From a virus, in the IMG/VR virus record IMGVR_UViG_3300032285_002723, positions 1 to 64,000 of that record: a stretch of DNA of 64,000 nucleotides; one strand, given 5' to 3'. The notes beneath the pieces are model-generated. The model saw only the letters and a program-made list of their open reading frames with translations, had not been told where the DNA came from and searched no databases. Shown here in pieces: positions 15,913 to 26,545 of the stretch; position 1 is the first letter of the stretch, and each line of letters begins with the position of its first letter. The translations under genes were made by a program, and so were the position numbers.

Positions 15913-16833
15913 ATGACAATTTTAGTAACTGGTGGGTGCGGATTTATTGGTAGTAATTTTATTCATCATTTGAAAAAAAGAACAAGTGAAAAAATCATTT
16001 GTATTGACAAAATGACTTATGCTGCTGATTATGGAAACATTTCAGGTTTAGATATTGATTTGTATCCACTTGATATTAATCATTCTGATTATGTATTTGA
16101 ACAAAATAAAATTAAAACCATTTATCATTTTGCTGCAGAAAGTCACGTAGACAATTCAATTAAAGATTGTTCTGAATTTGTTAGTACAAATATTAATGGA
16201 ACGATTAAACTTTTAACTCTTGCAATGAAGTATGAAGTGGAGAAATTTATTCACATTTCAACTGATGAAGTTTATGGTTCAATTGAAGAAGGTAAATTTA
16301 CAGAAACAACAACTTATAATCCAAGAAATCCATATTCAGCATCAAAAGCAGCAAGTGATCATTTTGTAATGTCGTTTTATAACACTTATGGATTGCCAGC
16401 AATCATTACAAATTGTTCTAATAATTATGGACCAAGACAACACGAAGAAAAGTTAATTCCAAAAACAATTAAAAATTTAATGATGGGAAATAAAGTTCCT
16501 ATCTATGGTGATGGACAACAAATTCGTGATTGGTTATATGTTCAAGATCATTGTGAAGCAATTTCAGTTGTAGCAGAAAAAGGAAAGTTTGGAGAAAAGT
16601 ATAATATTGGTGGAGAATGTGAAGTCAAAAATCTTGAATTAATAAGAAAGATTCTTGACGTTATGGAAAAGGATGAAGATATGATAGAATACGTACAAGA
16701 CCGTCCAGGGCATGACCGTAGATATTCAACTGATATTACTAAAATTAAAACAGAACTTGGTTGGTCTCCTAGATTTAATTTAGAACAAGGATTAAAAAGC
16801 ACAATTAAATGGTATGAATGCAATAGGAACTAA
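15913..16833 (+). CDS. rfbB: dTDP-glucose 4,6-dehydratase
   Basis: GGCGFIG, HFAAESHVD, STDEVYG, YSASK, DRPGHDRRY. Confidence 0.93.
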   Translation: MTILVTGGCGFIGSNFIHHLKKRTSEKIICIDKMTYAADYGNISGLDIDLYPLDINHSDYVFEQNKIKTIYHFAAESHVDNSIKDCSEFVSTNINGTIKLLTLAMKYEVEKFIHISTDEVYGSIEEGKFTETTTYNPRNPYSASKAASDHFVMSFYNTYGLPAIITNCSNNYGPRQHEEKLIPKTIKNLMMGNKVPIYGDGQQIRDWLYVQDHCEAISVVAEKGKFGEKYNIGGECEVKNLELIRKILDVMEKDEDMIEYVQDRPGHDRRYSTDITKIKTELGWSPRFNLEQGLKSTIKWYECNRN

Positions 16834-17353
16834 TCTGAAAGATGCTTATGTCATCACAAACAAAAAGTTTGAGGATGAACGTGGTTTCTTTATGGAGTCT
16901 TTTAATTTGAAAGAATTTGAAAAAATTGTTGGAAAATATAATTTTGTCCAAGATAATCATTCAAAGTCATCTAAAGGAGTTTTGAGGGGTCTTCATTATC
17001 AAATTGAACATTCACAAGGAAAACTTGTTCGTTGTATTTCTGGTGCAGTTTATGATGTGATTGTTGATTTGAGAAAATCATCTTCATCATTTGGAAAATG
17101 GTTTGGAATTAAATTATCTGAAAATAATTTGCAATTATGGGTTCCTCCTGGATTTGCTCATGGATTTTATACTTTGACTGATACGGCAGAGTTTTGTTAT
17201 AAAACCACAGATTATTATCATCCAGAATATGATAGGACTCTTCTTTGGAATGATAGTGATCTAGGAATTGAATGGGGACTTAATAAGGAACCAATTCTTT
17301 CCAATAAAGATATAATTGGGAAAACTTTTAAGGAGTGTGAAAAATATGAATAA
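16814..17353 (+). CDS. rfbC: dTDP-4-dehydrorhamnose 3,5-epimerase
   Basis: DERGFF, QDNHS, VLRGLHYQ, PPGFAHGF. Confidence 0.93.
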   Translation: MNAIGTNLKDAYVITNKKFEDERGFFMESFNLKEFEKIVGKYNFVQDNHSKSSKGVLRGLHYQIEHSQGKLVRCISGAVYDVIVDLRKSSSSFGKWFGIKLSENNLQLWVPPGFAHGFYTLTDTAEFCYKTTDYYHPEYDRTLLWNDSDLGIEWGLNKEPILSNKDIIGKTFKECEKYE

Positions 17354-18170
17354 AATTTCTGTTTATGGATCTACTGGATTTATTGGTGAGGCATTTTGCA
17401 ATCTTTATCCTGATGAAGTTTTCAAAATTCCAAGAGATTCAAGACCACCAGTAACAAAAGATATTCTCTATTTTATTAGTACAACTACAAATTATAATGT
17501 TTATGAAGATCTCAATATTGATATCAATACAAACTTGAATGTTTTAATGGATGTTCTTCAGTACTGTAAAGATAAAGATATTGTTTTTAATTATGTGAGT
17601 GCTGGATTTGTTTATGGTCCAGATATTATTGATGCAAAAGAAACAGATAATCCAGATCCAAGAGGATTTTATTCCATTACAAAAAGAACAGCAGAGCAAC
17701 TTCTTATTTCTTTTTGTAATACTTTTGGTGTCAAATATCGGATTATGCGTCTAGCTAATCTTTATGGAACTGATAAAACTGTATCACCAAAGAAAAATGT
17801 TCTTGGTTATATGGTTTCTTTAATGAGACAAAATAAAGATATTACTCTTTATGATAATGGTGAGGTTCTTCGTGATTATATGCATGTGGATGATGTCTGT
17901 ATTGCTTTAAAACTTATAATGGATAAAGGAAATACCAACGAAATTTATAATATTGCAAGTGGAAATCCAATTCAATTTAGAACCATTATTGAAAAACTTA
18001 AAGAAAAACTTAATAGTGAAAGTAAATTAATTGGCATTGAAACCCCAGAATTTTACAAAATGGTCCAAGCAAAGAATTTTTCTTTGAATGTAGATAAACT
18101 CAAATCTCTTGGATTTGATCCAAAATATACTTTGGATGAAGGATTGGACATTTTATGCTATAATACATAA
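17346..18170 (+). CDS. NAD-dependent epimerase/dehydratase (SDR)
   Basis: GSTGFIG, YSITK, RDYMHVDD. Confidence 0.85.
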   Translation: MNKISVYGSTGFIGEAFCNLYPDEVFKIPRDSRPPVTKDILYFISTTTNYNVYEDLNIDINTNLNVLMDVLQYCKDKDIVFNYVSAGFVYGPDIIDAKETDNPDPRGFYSITKRTAEQLLISFCNTFGVKYRIMRLANLYGTDKTVSPKKNVLGYMVSLMRQNKDITLYDNGEVLRDYMHVDDVCIALKLIMDKGNTNEIYNIASGNPIQFRTIIEKLKEKLNSESKLIGIETPEFYKMVQAKNFSLNVDKLKSLGFDPKYTLDEGLDILCYNT

Positions 18171-18190
18171 TATAGAAGTTTGATATTTTT

Positions 18191-19237
18191 ATGAGTCAAT
18201 ATATTAAAAAAGCACTTGTTCTTGGTGCTGGTGGTTTCATTGGAAGTCATATGGTCAAAAGACTACGTTCCGAAGGATATTGGGTTCGTGGTGTAGACCT
18301 TAAGAGACCAGAGTTTTCTTCTACCGAAGCAAATGAATTTATTCAGGGAGATCTTCGTGATATAGATTTTGTTAGTCGTGTTCTTGAATATAGAGGAGAT
18401 GCTGGTAATTTTTACCACTCGGTTCCCTATCGTTATATTCAGACATTTGATGAAATCTATCAGTTTGCTGCTGATATGGGTGGTGCAGGATTTGTTTTCA
18501 CTGGTGAGAATGATGCAGACATTATGCATAATTCTGTAACAATTAATTTGAATGTTCTTGAAGAACAACGTAAAATGAATGAAAGACTTGGTAAAAATAA
18601 CACCAAGATCTTCTATTCTGGATCTGCATGTATGTATCCAGAGCACAATCAACTTGATCCCGATAATCCTGACTGCTGTGAAGAATCCGCTTATCCTGCC
18701 GCACCAGACTCCGAATATGGATGGGAAAAACTTTTTTCGGAACGTCTTTACTTTGCCTACCATAGGAATCATGGTATACCTGTGCGTGTATCTAGGTATC
18801 ATAATATCTTTGGTCCAGAAGGAACCTGGGAAGGTGGACGCGAGAAAGCACCAGCAGCAATCTGTCGTAAAGTAGCATATCTTCCACAGGAAGGTGGCAC
18901 TATTGAAGTCTGGGGTGATGGTAAACAGACTCGTTCATTCCTTTATATTGATGAGTGTATTGAAGCAACTCGTCGTATGATGGATTCTAATTTCATTGGA
19001 CCAGTAAATATTGGTTCAGAAGAAATGGTCACTATCAATCAGTTAGTTGATATTGCTGCTAAAGTTTCAGGTAAAGATGTGCAAAAAATGCACAAGTTAG
19101 ACGCTCCCCTTGGCGTTCGTGGTCGTAATTCTAATAATGATTTAATTCGTAAAGAACTTAATTGGAATTATAATATGACTTTAGAAGAGGGTATTTCAAA
19201 AACTTACAAATGGATTGAGGGACAATTAAATGGTTGA
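18191..19237 (+). CDS. GDP-mannose 3,5-epimerase-like SDR
   Basis: GAGGFIG, AADMGGAGF, SSACMYP-like, YGWEK, GGREKAPAAICRK, GVRGRNS. Confidence 0.85.
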   Translation: MSQYIKKALVLGAGGFIGSHMVKRLRSEGYWVRGVDLKRPEFSSTEANEFIQGDLRDIDFVSRVLEYRGDAGNFYHSVPYRYIQTFDEIYQFAADMGGAGFVFTGENDADIMHNSVTINLNVLEEQRKMNERLGKNNTKIFYSGSACMYPEHNQLDPDNPDCCEESAYPAAPDSEYGWEKLFSERLYFAYHRNHGIPVRVSRYHNIFGPEGTWEGGREKAPAAICRKVAYLPQEGGTIEVWGDGKQTRSFLYIDECIEATRRMMDSNFIGPVNIGSEEMVTINQLVDIAAKVSGKDVQKMHKLDAPLGVRGRNSNNDLIRKELNWNYNMTLEEGISKTYKWIEGQLNG

Positions 19238-19889
19238 GAATTTTTCTTGGATTGAAGATAGGAAAATTAATTTTAGAGAATATGTTCGTTCTTTGGATGA
19301 TACTAATATAAGTGAAATTTTGGGAGCAATTCCTTCTGGTTGGAATCTACCTCCAAAAAGTCATAATGAGTTTGTTGTTTGGTTGCTGAATAGAATAAAT
19401 CCACAATTAACTGTTGAACTTGGAGTTGATTATGGGTATTCGGCATTTTTTCTTGCATTGAATAATAGAAAAAATAAAGTTATTGGTATTGATTGTTTTG
19501 AAACAGAAAAACATTCCATAAGAGAGTCTGATGATTATCAATTTGTTTTGGATATTAGAGAGAAATTAAAACTTGATAATTTGAAAATTATTAAAGGGTA
19601 CTTTGATGATGTAGCAAAAACTTGGGATCAAAAAATTGATTTGCTTCATATTGATGGTCTTCATGATTATGATAATTGTAAGAATGATTGTGATACTTGG
19701 GCACCATTTTTGCAAGAAAATGGAGTAATTATATTTCATGATACTATATCTGCTCCAGATGGAGTTGGACTTTTCTTCTCTCAACTTGAAGTTCCAAAAG
19801 TAAATTTTGAAAATTCTTATGGTTTGGGTGTTGCTTCAAATGACATAAAATTGATTGAAGAGATTAAAGAAAATTTTAATGTTCAGTAA
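19230..19889 (+). CDS. class I SAM-dependent methyltransferase (Methyltransf_24-like)
   Basis: VELGVDYG, LHIDGLHDY, IIFHD. Confidence 0.8.
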   Translation: MVENFSWIEDRKINFREYVRSLDDTNISEILGAIPSGWNLPPKSHNEFVVWLLNRINPQLTVELGVDYGYSAFFLALNNRKNKVIGIDCFETEKHSIRESDDYQFVLDIREKLKLDNLKIIKGYFDDVAKTWDQKIDLLHIDGLHDYDNCKNDCDTWAPFLQENGVIIFHDTISAPDGVGLFFSQLEVPKVNFENSYGLGVASNDIKLIEEIKENFNVQ

Positions 19890-19898
19890 TTCAATTTT

Positions 19899-20756
19899 AT
19901 GAAAATTACAATTTTAGGATCCAGTGGACAAATTGGGTCCTATCTTTCACAATACTTACGTAGTAAAGAACACGTAGTTATTGATTTTGATAAGGTGGAA
20001 ACTCCTAATCACGATATGACTGTTATTCCTAATCAATATCTTGAAAATGCAATTGAGACTGCAGACTTTGTATTCTTTCTTGCATTTGATGTTGGTGGAT
20101 CACGTTATCTGAAAAAGTATCAACATACTTTTCAGTTCATTGATAATAATGCTCGTTTGATGGCAAATGCTTTTGGTCTTCTTCAGAAGTATAATAAGAG
20201 ATTCATTTTTGCTTCATCTCAAATGAGTAATATGAGTTACTCTCCTTATGGAGTTCTCAAGAACGTTGGTGAACTGTATACCAAGTCTTTAAATGGATTG
20301 ATTGTAAAGTTCTGGAATGTTTATGGTATTGAGAATGATCACGAGAAAGCACACGTTATTACAGACTTTATTCGTAAAGGATTTGAGACTAGTGTGATTG
20401 ATATGCTAACCGATGGTCAGGAAGAACGTGAGTTTTTGTATGCTGAAGACTGTTGTGAAGCACTTGAAACTATTATGGAAAATTATTCTTCTTTTACACC
20501 AGAAGATAATCTTCATATTACAAGTTTTAGATCTACAAAAATTCTTGATATCGCCAACATTATTATTGGACAGTTTAATTTGATTGGAAAATATGATATT
20601 AAACTTCAACCATCTGAAGAGAAAGATAGTGTTCAGATGGATAAAAAGAATAAACCAGATACTTATTTGACCAAGTGGTGGACACCCAAAACAACAATTG
20701 AGCAGGGAATTTTAAAAGTGTTTAAAGATATGGAGAAAAATTATGTTAGCATGTAA
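19899..20756 (+). CDS. NAD-dependent epimerase/dehydratase
   Basis: GSSGQIG, YGVLK, REFLYAED. Confidence 0.8.
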   Translation: MKITILGSSGQIGSYLSQYLRSKEHVVIDFDKVETPNHDMTVIPNQYLENAIETADFVFFLAFDVGGSRYLKKYQHTFQFIDNNARLMANAFGLLQKYNKRFIFASSQMSNMSYSPYGVLKNVGELYTKSLNGLIVKFWNVYGIENDHEKAHVITDFIRKGFETSVIDMLTDGQEEREFLYAEDCCEALETIMENYSSFTPEDNLHITSFRSTKILDIANIIIGQFNLIGKYDIKLQPSEEKDSVQMDKKNKPDTYLTKWWTPKTTIEQGILKVFKDMEKNYVSM

Positions 20757-21585
20757 TCAACTTGGTAATAATGGTAGACTTGGAAATCAAATGTTTCAAT
20801 ATGCTGCTTTAAAAGGTATTGCACATCGTAGGGGATTTGATTACTGCATTCCTCCTTTTAATTCTCAAGGAATTGATAATTATGGACTTGGGGATGCTTT
20901 TGATATTCAATCTATTATTGATGTGGCAAATTTTCCATCAGTTGGCGAACCACATTTTCATTATAGTGAAGAGTTTCATAATACTTGTCCTGATAATGTA
21001 ACACTTATTGGATATTTTCAATCTGAAAAATATTTTAAAAATATTGAAGAACAAATTCGTCAAGACTTTATTTTTAAAAAAGAATGGTTGGAACCTTGCT
21101 TGCAATTTAGAAAAGAGTTTGAGGGGCAGGAAATTGCTTTTCTTCATGTTCGTCGTGGAGATCCAAATCTTGTAGATCGTAGGGGATTTAAATGGGCATA
21201 TGTGAATTGTTCTGATCAACATCCAGTTCAACCATTAGAATATTATGAGGAAGCAATTAAACTGCTTCCAGAAGATATGCCAATCCTTGTATTTTCGGAT
21301 TCAATTGAATGGTGTAAAGAACAAGAATTTTTTGCACCAGATCGTTTTATGTTATCTGAACCAGAAGATAAGTATTCTGATGGGGCTTTGGTTCCTTATA
21401 CAGATTTGTGCTTGATGTCTTTGTGTGATCATGCTATAATTGCAAATAGTAGTATGAGTTGGTGGGGTGCTTGGTTGATTCAAAATCCAAATAAAAAGGT
21501 TATTGCACCTAAAATGTGGTTTGGATCTTCGTATTCTCATCATAATACAAAAGACATTTATTGTGATGGTTGGGAGATTCTTTAA
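20743..21585 (+). CDS. GT11 alpha-1,2-fucosyltransferase
   Basis: GRLGNQMFQYA, GYFQSEKYF, HVRRGD, NSSMSWWGAW. Confidence 0.9.
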   Translation: MLACNQLGNNGRLGNQMFQYAALKGIAHRRGFDYCIPPFNSQGIDNYGLGDAFDIQSIIDVANFPSVGEPHFHYSEEFHNTCPDNVTLIGYFQSEKYFKNIEEQIRQDFIFKKEWLEPCLQFRKEFEGQEIAFLHVRRGDPNLVDRRGFKWAYVNCSDQHPVQPLEYYEEAIKLLPEDMPILVFSDSIEWCKEQEFFAPDRFMLSEPEDKYSDGALVPYTDLCLMSLCDHAIIANSSMSWWGAWLIQNPNKKVIAPKMWFGSSYSHHNTKDIYCDGWEIL

Positions 21586-22409
21586 TGATCTATGTTTCTG
21601 GATCTAATGGTTTAATAGGTAAAGAGTTGGTTAAAAATTTCAGTAACTATATTCCAATTTCTTATCGCAATCAAGTTCCAGATGTAGAATTTTTACCTAA
21701 TTCTACCTTGGTACATCTATCCTCATCAATTACACCAAGGAACAATCTTACAGATTTGGAAGCATCATTTCAAAGTGATGTGCTGATTCCTTTTCAAATT
21801 TTTAAAAATTATTTAAAAACAAATCCAAATGGAAAAATTATTTTTCTTTCTACTGCTGGCGATTTGCATAGTTCTGAATCCAATATTATAAGTGATGAAA
21901 ATTCATTACCAAATCCAAAATCAATCTATGGCGTACACAAATTACTTTTAGAAAATTATATTAAATTACTTCACAAAACAAACAATTTTTCAAGTATAAT
22001 TTTTAGAGTCACTAATGTTTATGGTGGTGAACCTACACCAAACAGAGTAAATGGATTGATAGATAAACTCATCGTAAGTGATAATATTACAATAACTTCA
22101 AATATTGAAGAATCTATTGATTTTATTCATATGGATGATTTGATTAGTTTGTTGTTAAAATCAATACAAACAAAGTTGAGTGGATATAATTTATTTTTGG
22201 TTGGTAGTTCTAATTCTATTTCTATTCAAGAGTTGATAAAAAAAATTCTTCTTTATGTTTCTCCAACTATTACATATAAAAATGAAAATTCAAAACTTTC
22301 ATACATAAAAATAGACACCACAAAAGTAAAAAAATATTTCAATTGGAAATGTGAATATTCAATTGATAGTGGTATAATTAAACAAGTAAAAACTTTGAAT
22401 TCATTATGA
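21585..22409 (+). CDS. NAD-dependent epimerase/dehydratase
   Basis: GSNGLIG, YGVHK, DFIHMDD; lower GC than neighbours. Confidence 0.75.
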   Translation: MIYVSGSNGLIGKELVKNFSNYIPISYRNQVPDVEFLPNSTLVHLSSSITPRNNLTDLEASFQSDVLIPFQIFKNYLKTNPNGKIIFLSTAGDLHSSESNIISDENSLPNPKSIYGVHKLLLENYIKLLHKTNNFSSIIFRVTNVYGGEPTPNRVNGLIDKLIVSDNITITSNIEESIDFIHMDDLISLLLKSIQTKLSGYNLFLVGSSNSISIQELIKKILLYVSPTITYKNENSKLSYIKIDTTKVKKYFNWKCEYSIDSGIIKQVKTLNSL

Positions 22410-23125
22410 AAGTTGCTATTTCATTTTTTGGAACAGGAAGTTATTTAAATTTTCTTCCAAATTGGTATATGTCTATTCAGGATAATTTTCTTCCAGGTAT
22501 AGAAAAAAAATTTATTGTATTTACTGATGGGGAAGGTGATTTTCCAGAAGACGTAATTAAAATAGAAACAGAACATTTTGGATGGCCTGACGTTTTTTAT
22601 AAAACGTTTGAAACAATTTTAAGAGCAAAGGATATTATCAGTGAATGTGATTGGTTCATATCCATTGATGCTGATATGGTAGTCAAAAAAATTGTTTCTG
22701 TTGAAGAATTTTTAGATGATTCAAAAGATTATATTGGCGTTCATCATCCTTGTGCTTATTTAAAACTTCCCCCTCATAATAAGTTTCCTGGATCTTTTGA
22801 TATAAATCCATCATCAAATGCTTATATTACAGAAGATATGGATACTTCTGTTTATTATCAAGGGTGTTTGTGGGGTGGTAAAGTTCCAGAAATTATTGAA
22901 ATGATGGAACTTTTAGACAAATGGACAAAAGAAGATGAAGAAAAAAATACCACACCAGTGTGGTATGAAGAATCATATTTTAACAAATTCTTCATTACAA
23001 ATAAAGATAAAGTGAATACACTTTCTCCATCGTTTGCTTATCCAGAAGATTTTAAACAGTATTGTAATTTTGAAGAAAAAATTACACATATCTCTAAAAA
23101 TAATCAACAATATCATAATCAATAA
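22406..23125 (+). CDS. GT6 glycosyltransferase (ABO-like alpha-1,3-Gal/GalNAc transferase)
   Basis: VFTD, DAD, HHP, YYQGCLWGG, WYEESYFNKF. Confidence 0.85.
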   Translation: MKVAISFFGTGSYLNFLPNWYMSIQDNFLPGIEKKFIVFTDGEGDFPEDVIKIETEHFGWPDVFYKTFETILRAKDIISECDWFISIDADMVVKKIVSVEEFLDDSKDYIGVHHPCAYLKLPPHNKFPGSFDINPSSNAYITEDMDTSVYYQGCLWGGKVPEIIEMMELLDKWTKEDEEKNTTPVWYEESYFNKFFITNKDKVNTLSPSFAYPEDFKQYCNFEEKITHISKNNQQYHNQ

Positions 23126-23127
23126 CT

Positions 23128-23904
23128 ATGACTAAAAAATTATCAGTTTATTATCATATTTGGAGTCCTGGTGGAACAGATCTTTGGAAATTGATGGTAG
23201 ACGAACAACTTAAAAGAATTTATCGCAGTGGTCTTTCAGAAAATGCTTCTATTTATTGTGCAATCAATGGACCACAAGCAAACCGAATTGCTGAATATGT
23301 TTCTATCTATGATTGGTTGACTATTCTTGATGTTTCAATTGATGAAAGTGAATATGAAGGATTTACTTTAAAACGAGCATATGAAGAAGCACATTTCAAT
23401 CCAGATTTAAAAGCAGTTGCTTATCTTCATACAAAAGGCATCAGTCATATGTGTGGAGTTCGGGATCACTATTCTGATCGTAAGTTTAGGGCAGTGAATA
23501 GTTGGAGGCATCAGATGGAATGGGGAATTCTTGATCGTTGGAAAGAAGCAGTAGAAAAACTTGACGAATATCAAGTTTCTGGTGTAAATTATTGTTTGGA
23601 TCCTTGGCCCCATATGAGTGGAAACTTTTGGTGGGCAAGAGCAGATTATGTTAAAACTTTAATTCATCCCATAAGAGATAGATTTCCAAATGACAATAGA
23701 GATTTTGGACCAATTCAAAGAATGAATTTTGAAAAGTGGATTGGATTAAATAATCCAAAATGCTTCAGTTTTTATGATGCTCCATTTAGTTATGATTTTA
23801 AAGGAATGATACCAGATGTACAACCAACTCCTCCAGGAGAACCACATTGGTTCTGGTTGTATAGAGACGACATTGAACCCTATTATAGAAAGGAAGGTAA
23901 TTGA
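23128..23904 (+). CDS. putative glycosyltransferase / glycan-modifying protein
   Basis: YEGFTL, YLHTKG, HMSGNFWWA motifs common in phage glycan islands. Confidence 0.55.
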   Translation: MTKKLSVYYHIWSPGGTDLWKLMVDEQLKRIYRSGLSENASIYCAINGPQANRIAEYVSIYDWLTILDVSIDESEYEGFTLKRAYEEAHFNPDLKAVAYLHTKGISHMCGVRDHYSDRKFRAVNSWRHQMEWGILDRWKEAVEKLDEYQVSGVNYCLDPWPHMSGNFWWARADYVKTLIHPIRDRFPNDNRDFGPIQRMNFEKWIGLNNPKCFSFYDAPFSYDFKGMIPDVQPTPPGEPHWFWLYRDDIEPYYRKEGN

Positions 23905-23905
23905 T

Positions 23906-24628
23906 ATGACTTTTGGATGCTTTCATACAGTATATGAAAATAAAAGAGCAACAGAGTTTATTTTGCAAGAGTTTAGAAAATTTTATCCAGATGCTCCTTA
24001 TACTTTAATTTGTGATGGTGGAGTAGATTACTCTGATTTAGCAAAAAAATATAACTGCAAATACGTTCATTCTTATATGCGTATTGGTAGAAGAAATTGG
24101 GGAGATCCTTCTGGAATTTATGGATTTACAAAAGATGAAAGTCTTCATTGGATTCACCATTTTCGTGAAGCAGCAAGACATGTGAAAGAAAATGGTGGAA
24201 CTCATATGATTATGATGGAAGATGATGTTCTTACTCAAGGAGAAGTAAAGATTGATCCATCTTGGGAATGTGCTGGATTTGATGTTCCAGGAAATAAAAT
24301 TGCTCCCAATCTTCTTTCTTATATTACTGATAAGTATGGAGCAAAACCAAATGTAGATTGGTATGGTGCTGGTGGTGGAAGTATCTATAATATTGAAACT
24401 TTTCTAGATAACTATCATAAAATTTATGATTTTATTGATTTTGAATTTGATTATATTTTGGAAAATCTAGATCATAGATTTGGATGGTTGGATCTTTATA
24501 TGCAAATTGCTTATTTTATTTGTGGTAAAGATTATGTTATTAATACCAACCTAACAGAAACTTGGAAGACACCTGATTTTAGGAATTCTCAATACTCACT
24601 TGTTCACGCATACAAAGAGCTTTACTGA
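23906..24628 (+). CDS. putative GT-A fold glycosyltransferase
   Basis: LICDGG, MMEDDV; ATG 23906 preferred. Confidence 0.55.
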   Translation: MTFGCFHTVYENKRATEFILQEFRKFYPDAPYTLICDGGVDYSDLAKKYNCKYVHSYMRIGRRNWGDPSGIYGFTKDESLHWIHHFREAARHVKENGGTHMIMMEDDVLTQGEVKIDPSWECAGFDVPGNKIAPNLLSYITDKYGAKPNVDWYGAGGGSIYNIETFLDNYHKIYDFIDFEFDYILENLDHRFGWLDLYMQIAYFICGKDYVINTNLTETWKTPDFRNSQYSLVHAYKELY

Positions 24629-24629
24629 T

Positions 24630-25595
24630 ATGAATATTGCAATGATTGGTCCTGGTATTATGCCAATTCCTCCTGATGGTTGGGGAGCAGTTGAAAGTTT
24701 AATTTGGGATTATGCTCTTGAACTTGATAAATTGGGACATACTGGCACTATTATTAATACCCCAAATTGGAATGAGATTTTAAATTATCTGAAAGAAGAT
24801 AATTATGATTTCGCGCATCTTCATTATGATGTATTTCATGAACTTCTAGACCTTATTCCAGATGTTCCTAAAATTGCTTTAAGTAGTCATTATCCTTATA
24901 TTGACCAATCTTATATGCATCGTAGGGATGGATATGATAAAACTTTTGATTTTATTATTAAAAATAAAAAGTATTATATCTTTTGTATTTCTAAAAAAGA
25001 TTATCAAACATTTAAAAATGCTGGTGCTGATGAAAGTAAACTTTTGCTTTCTGAAAATGGAGCAAATCATGAGACCTTTACTTATTCTAAAGAACCAGTA
25101 AAGGCAAATCGTTCATTGTATCTTGGGCAAATTTATCATCGTAAAAAGCAGTGGATATATCAATCTATTGATTGTATTGATTTTGTGGGAAAGGATAGTA
25201 ATTCCACACCTTTTGATGCTTCAATCAATTATCTTGGTGAATGGTCAGATGAACATAAAAAACAACATTTGACTGATTACGGAAATCTTGTTCTTCTTTC
25301 TGATGGAGAAAATGGAACACCATTGGTTGTAAAAGAAGCACTGATTAATGGTCTTGGTGTTGTGATTTCCAAGTATGCTGCTCATGATGTGGACACATCT
25401 CTTCCTTTTATCACCTTAATTGATGATGACAAATTGGAAGATATTGAATATGTGAAAAATAAGATTGAAGAAAATCGTCAAGCATCTTTGCCTATTCGTG
25501 ATGAAATTCGTGACTATGCAATGGAAAACTTTTCTTGGGAAAAACTAGTAAAACTTTATATTCAAAATATTGAAAAAATGGAGCCTATTCAATGA
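24630..25595 (+). CDS. GT4-like (GT-B) glycosyltransferase
   Basis: IPPDGWGAVE, SDGENGTPLVVKEAL. Confidence 0.78.
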   Translation: MNIAMIGPGIMPIPPDGWGAVESLIWDYALELDKLGHTGTIINTPNWNEILNYLKEDNYDFAHLHYDVFHELLDLIPDVPKIALSSHYPYIDQSYMHRRDGYDKTFDFIIKNKKYYIFCISKKDYQTFKNAGADESKLLLSENGANHETFTYSKEPVKANRSLYLGQIYHRKKQWIYQSIDCIDFVGKDSNSTPFDASINYLGEWSDEHKKQHLTDYGNLVLLSDGENGTPLVVKEALINGLGVVISKYAAHDVDTSLPFITLIDDDKLEDIEYVKNKIEENRQASLPIRDEIRDYAMENFSWEKLVKLYIQNIEKMEPIQ

Positions 25596-26545
25596 GAATT
25601 TGTATCATTGGTCCTGGATTTTCGCAGATTCCACCAGTTGGTTGGGGTGCAGTTGAAATTGTAATTTGGGATACAGCAAATACTTTGAAAGAATTGGGTC
25701 ATCAGGTAGACATCATTAATACTACAAATCCACAAGAAATTATTGGAACAATTAATCAAATTAATCCTGATTTTGTTCACGTTCATTATGATGATTATGT
25801 GTTCTTATATCCATATATTCAGTTTCCAAAAGCAATTACAACACATTATGGTTATCTAGAAAGACCAGAAATGTATGGTGCTTATTCTTATAAAGCAAAT
25901 CAATTTGCAAATATCAAACCAAATGTATTTGCTTTATCGGAAGGGATTAAAAATATCTATCAAAATCAAATGAGAATACCAGAGGATAACTTATATGTTG
26001 TTCCAAATGGTGTAACTAATGATAAATTTAGATTTACCGATTCTCCAAAATTTCCAAATAGAAGCATCTATCTTGCAAAAGTAGATTACAGAAAACGTCA
26101 GTGTTTATTTCAAAATATTCCATCAATTTATTATGCTGGAAATATTGTAGATGAAAGATTTGATGTAAATGAAAATTATCTTGGCGAATGGTCAAAAGAA
26201 GATTTATATAATAATTTAACTGATTATGCAAATCTTATTTTGCTTTCTGATGGTGAAGCACATGCTCTTGTTTGTATGGAAGCACTTGCTGCTGGATTGG
26301 GTCTTGTTATTTCTGAATGGGCAACTGCTAATTTGGATTTGGATAAAGATTTTATTACGGTAATACCAGAAAGTAAAATTATTGATTTAAATTATGTATC
26401 ATCAAAAATTGAAGAAAATAGAACTATATCTTTACAAAAAAGAAATGAAATAGTAGAATACTCAAAAGAATTTGCTTGGAAAAAGCAAATTGAAACTTAC
26501 TATATTCCATCTGTAAAAAAAGTCATACAAAAATTTAATGGATAA
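25592..26545 (+). CDS. GT4-like (GT-B) glycosyltransferase, tandem paralog
   Basis: IPPVGWGAVE, VPNG, SDGEAHALVCMEAL. Confidence 0.78.
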   Translation: MRICIIGPGFSQIPPVGWGAVEIVIWDTANTLKELGHQVDIINTTNPQEIIGTINQINPDFVHVHYDDYVFLYPYIQFPKAITTHYGYLERPEMYGAYSYKANQFANIKPNVFALSEGIKNIYQNQMRIPEDNLYVVPNGVTNDKFRFTDSPKFPNRSIYLAKVDYRKRQCLFQNIPSIYYAGNIVDERFDVNENYLGEWSKEDLYNNLTDYANLILLSDGEAHALVCMEALAAGLGLVISEWATANLDLDKDFITVIPESKIIDLNYVSSKIEENRTISLQKRNEIVEYSKEFAWKKQIETYYIPSVKKVIQKFNG

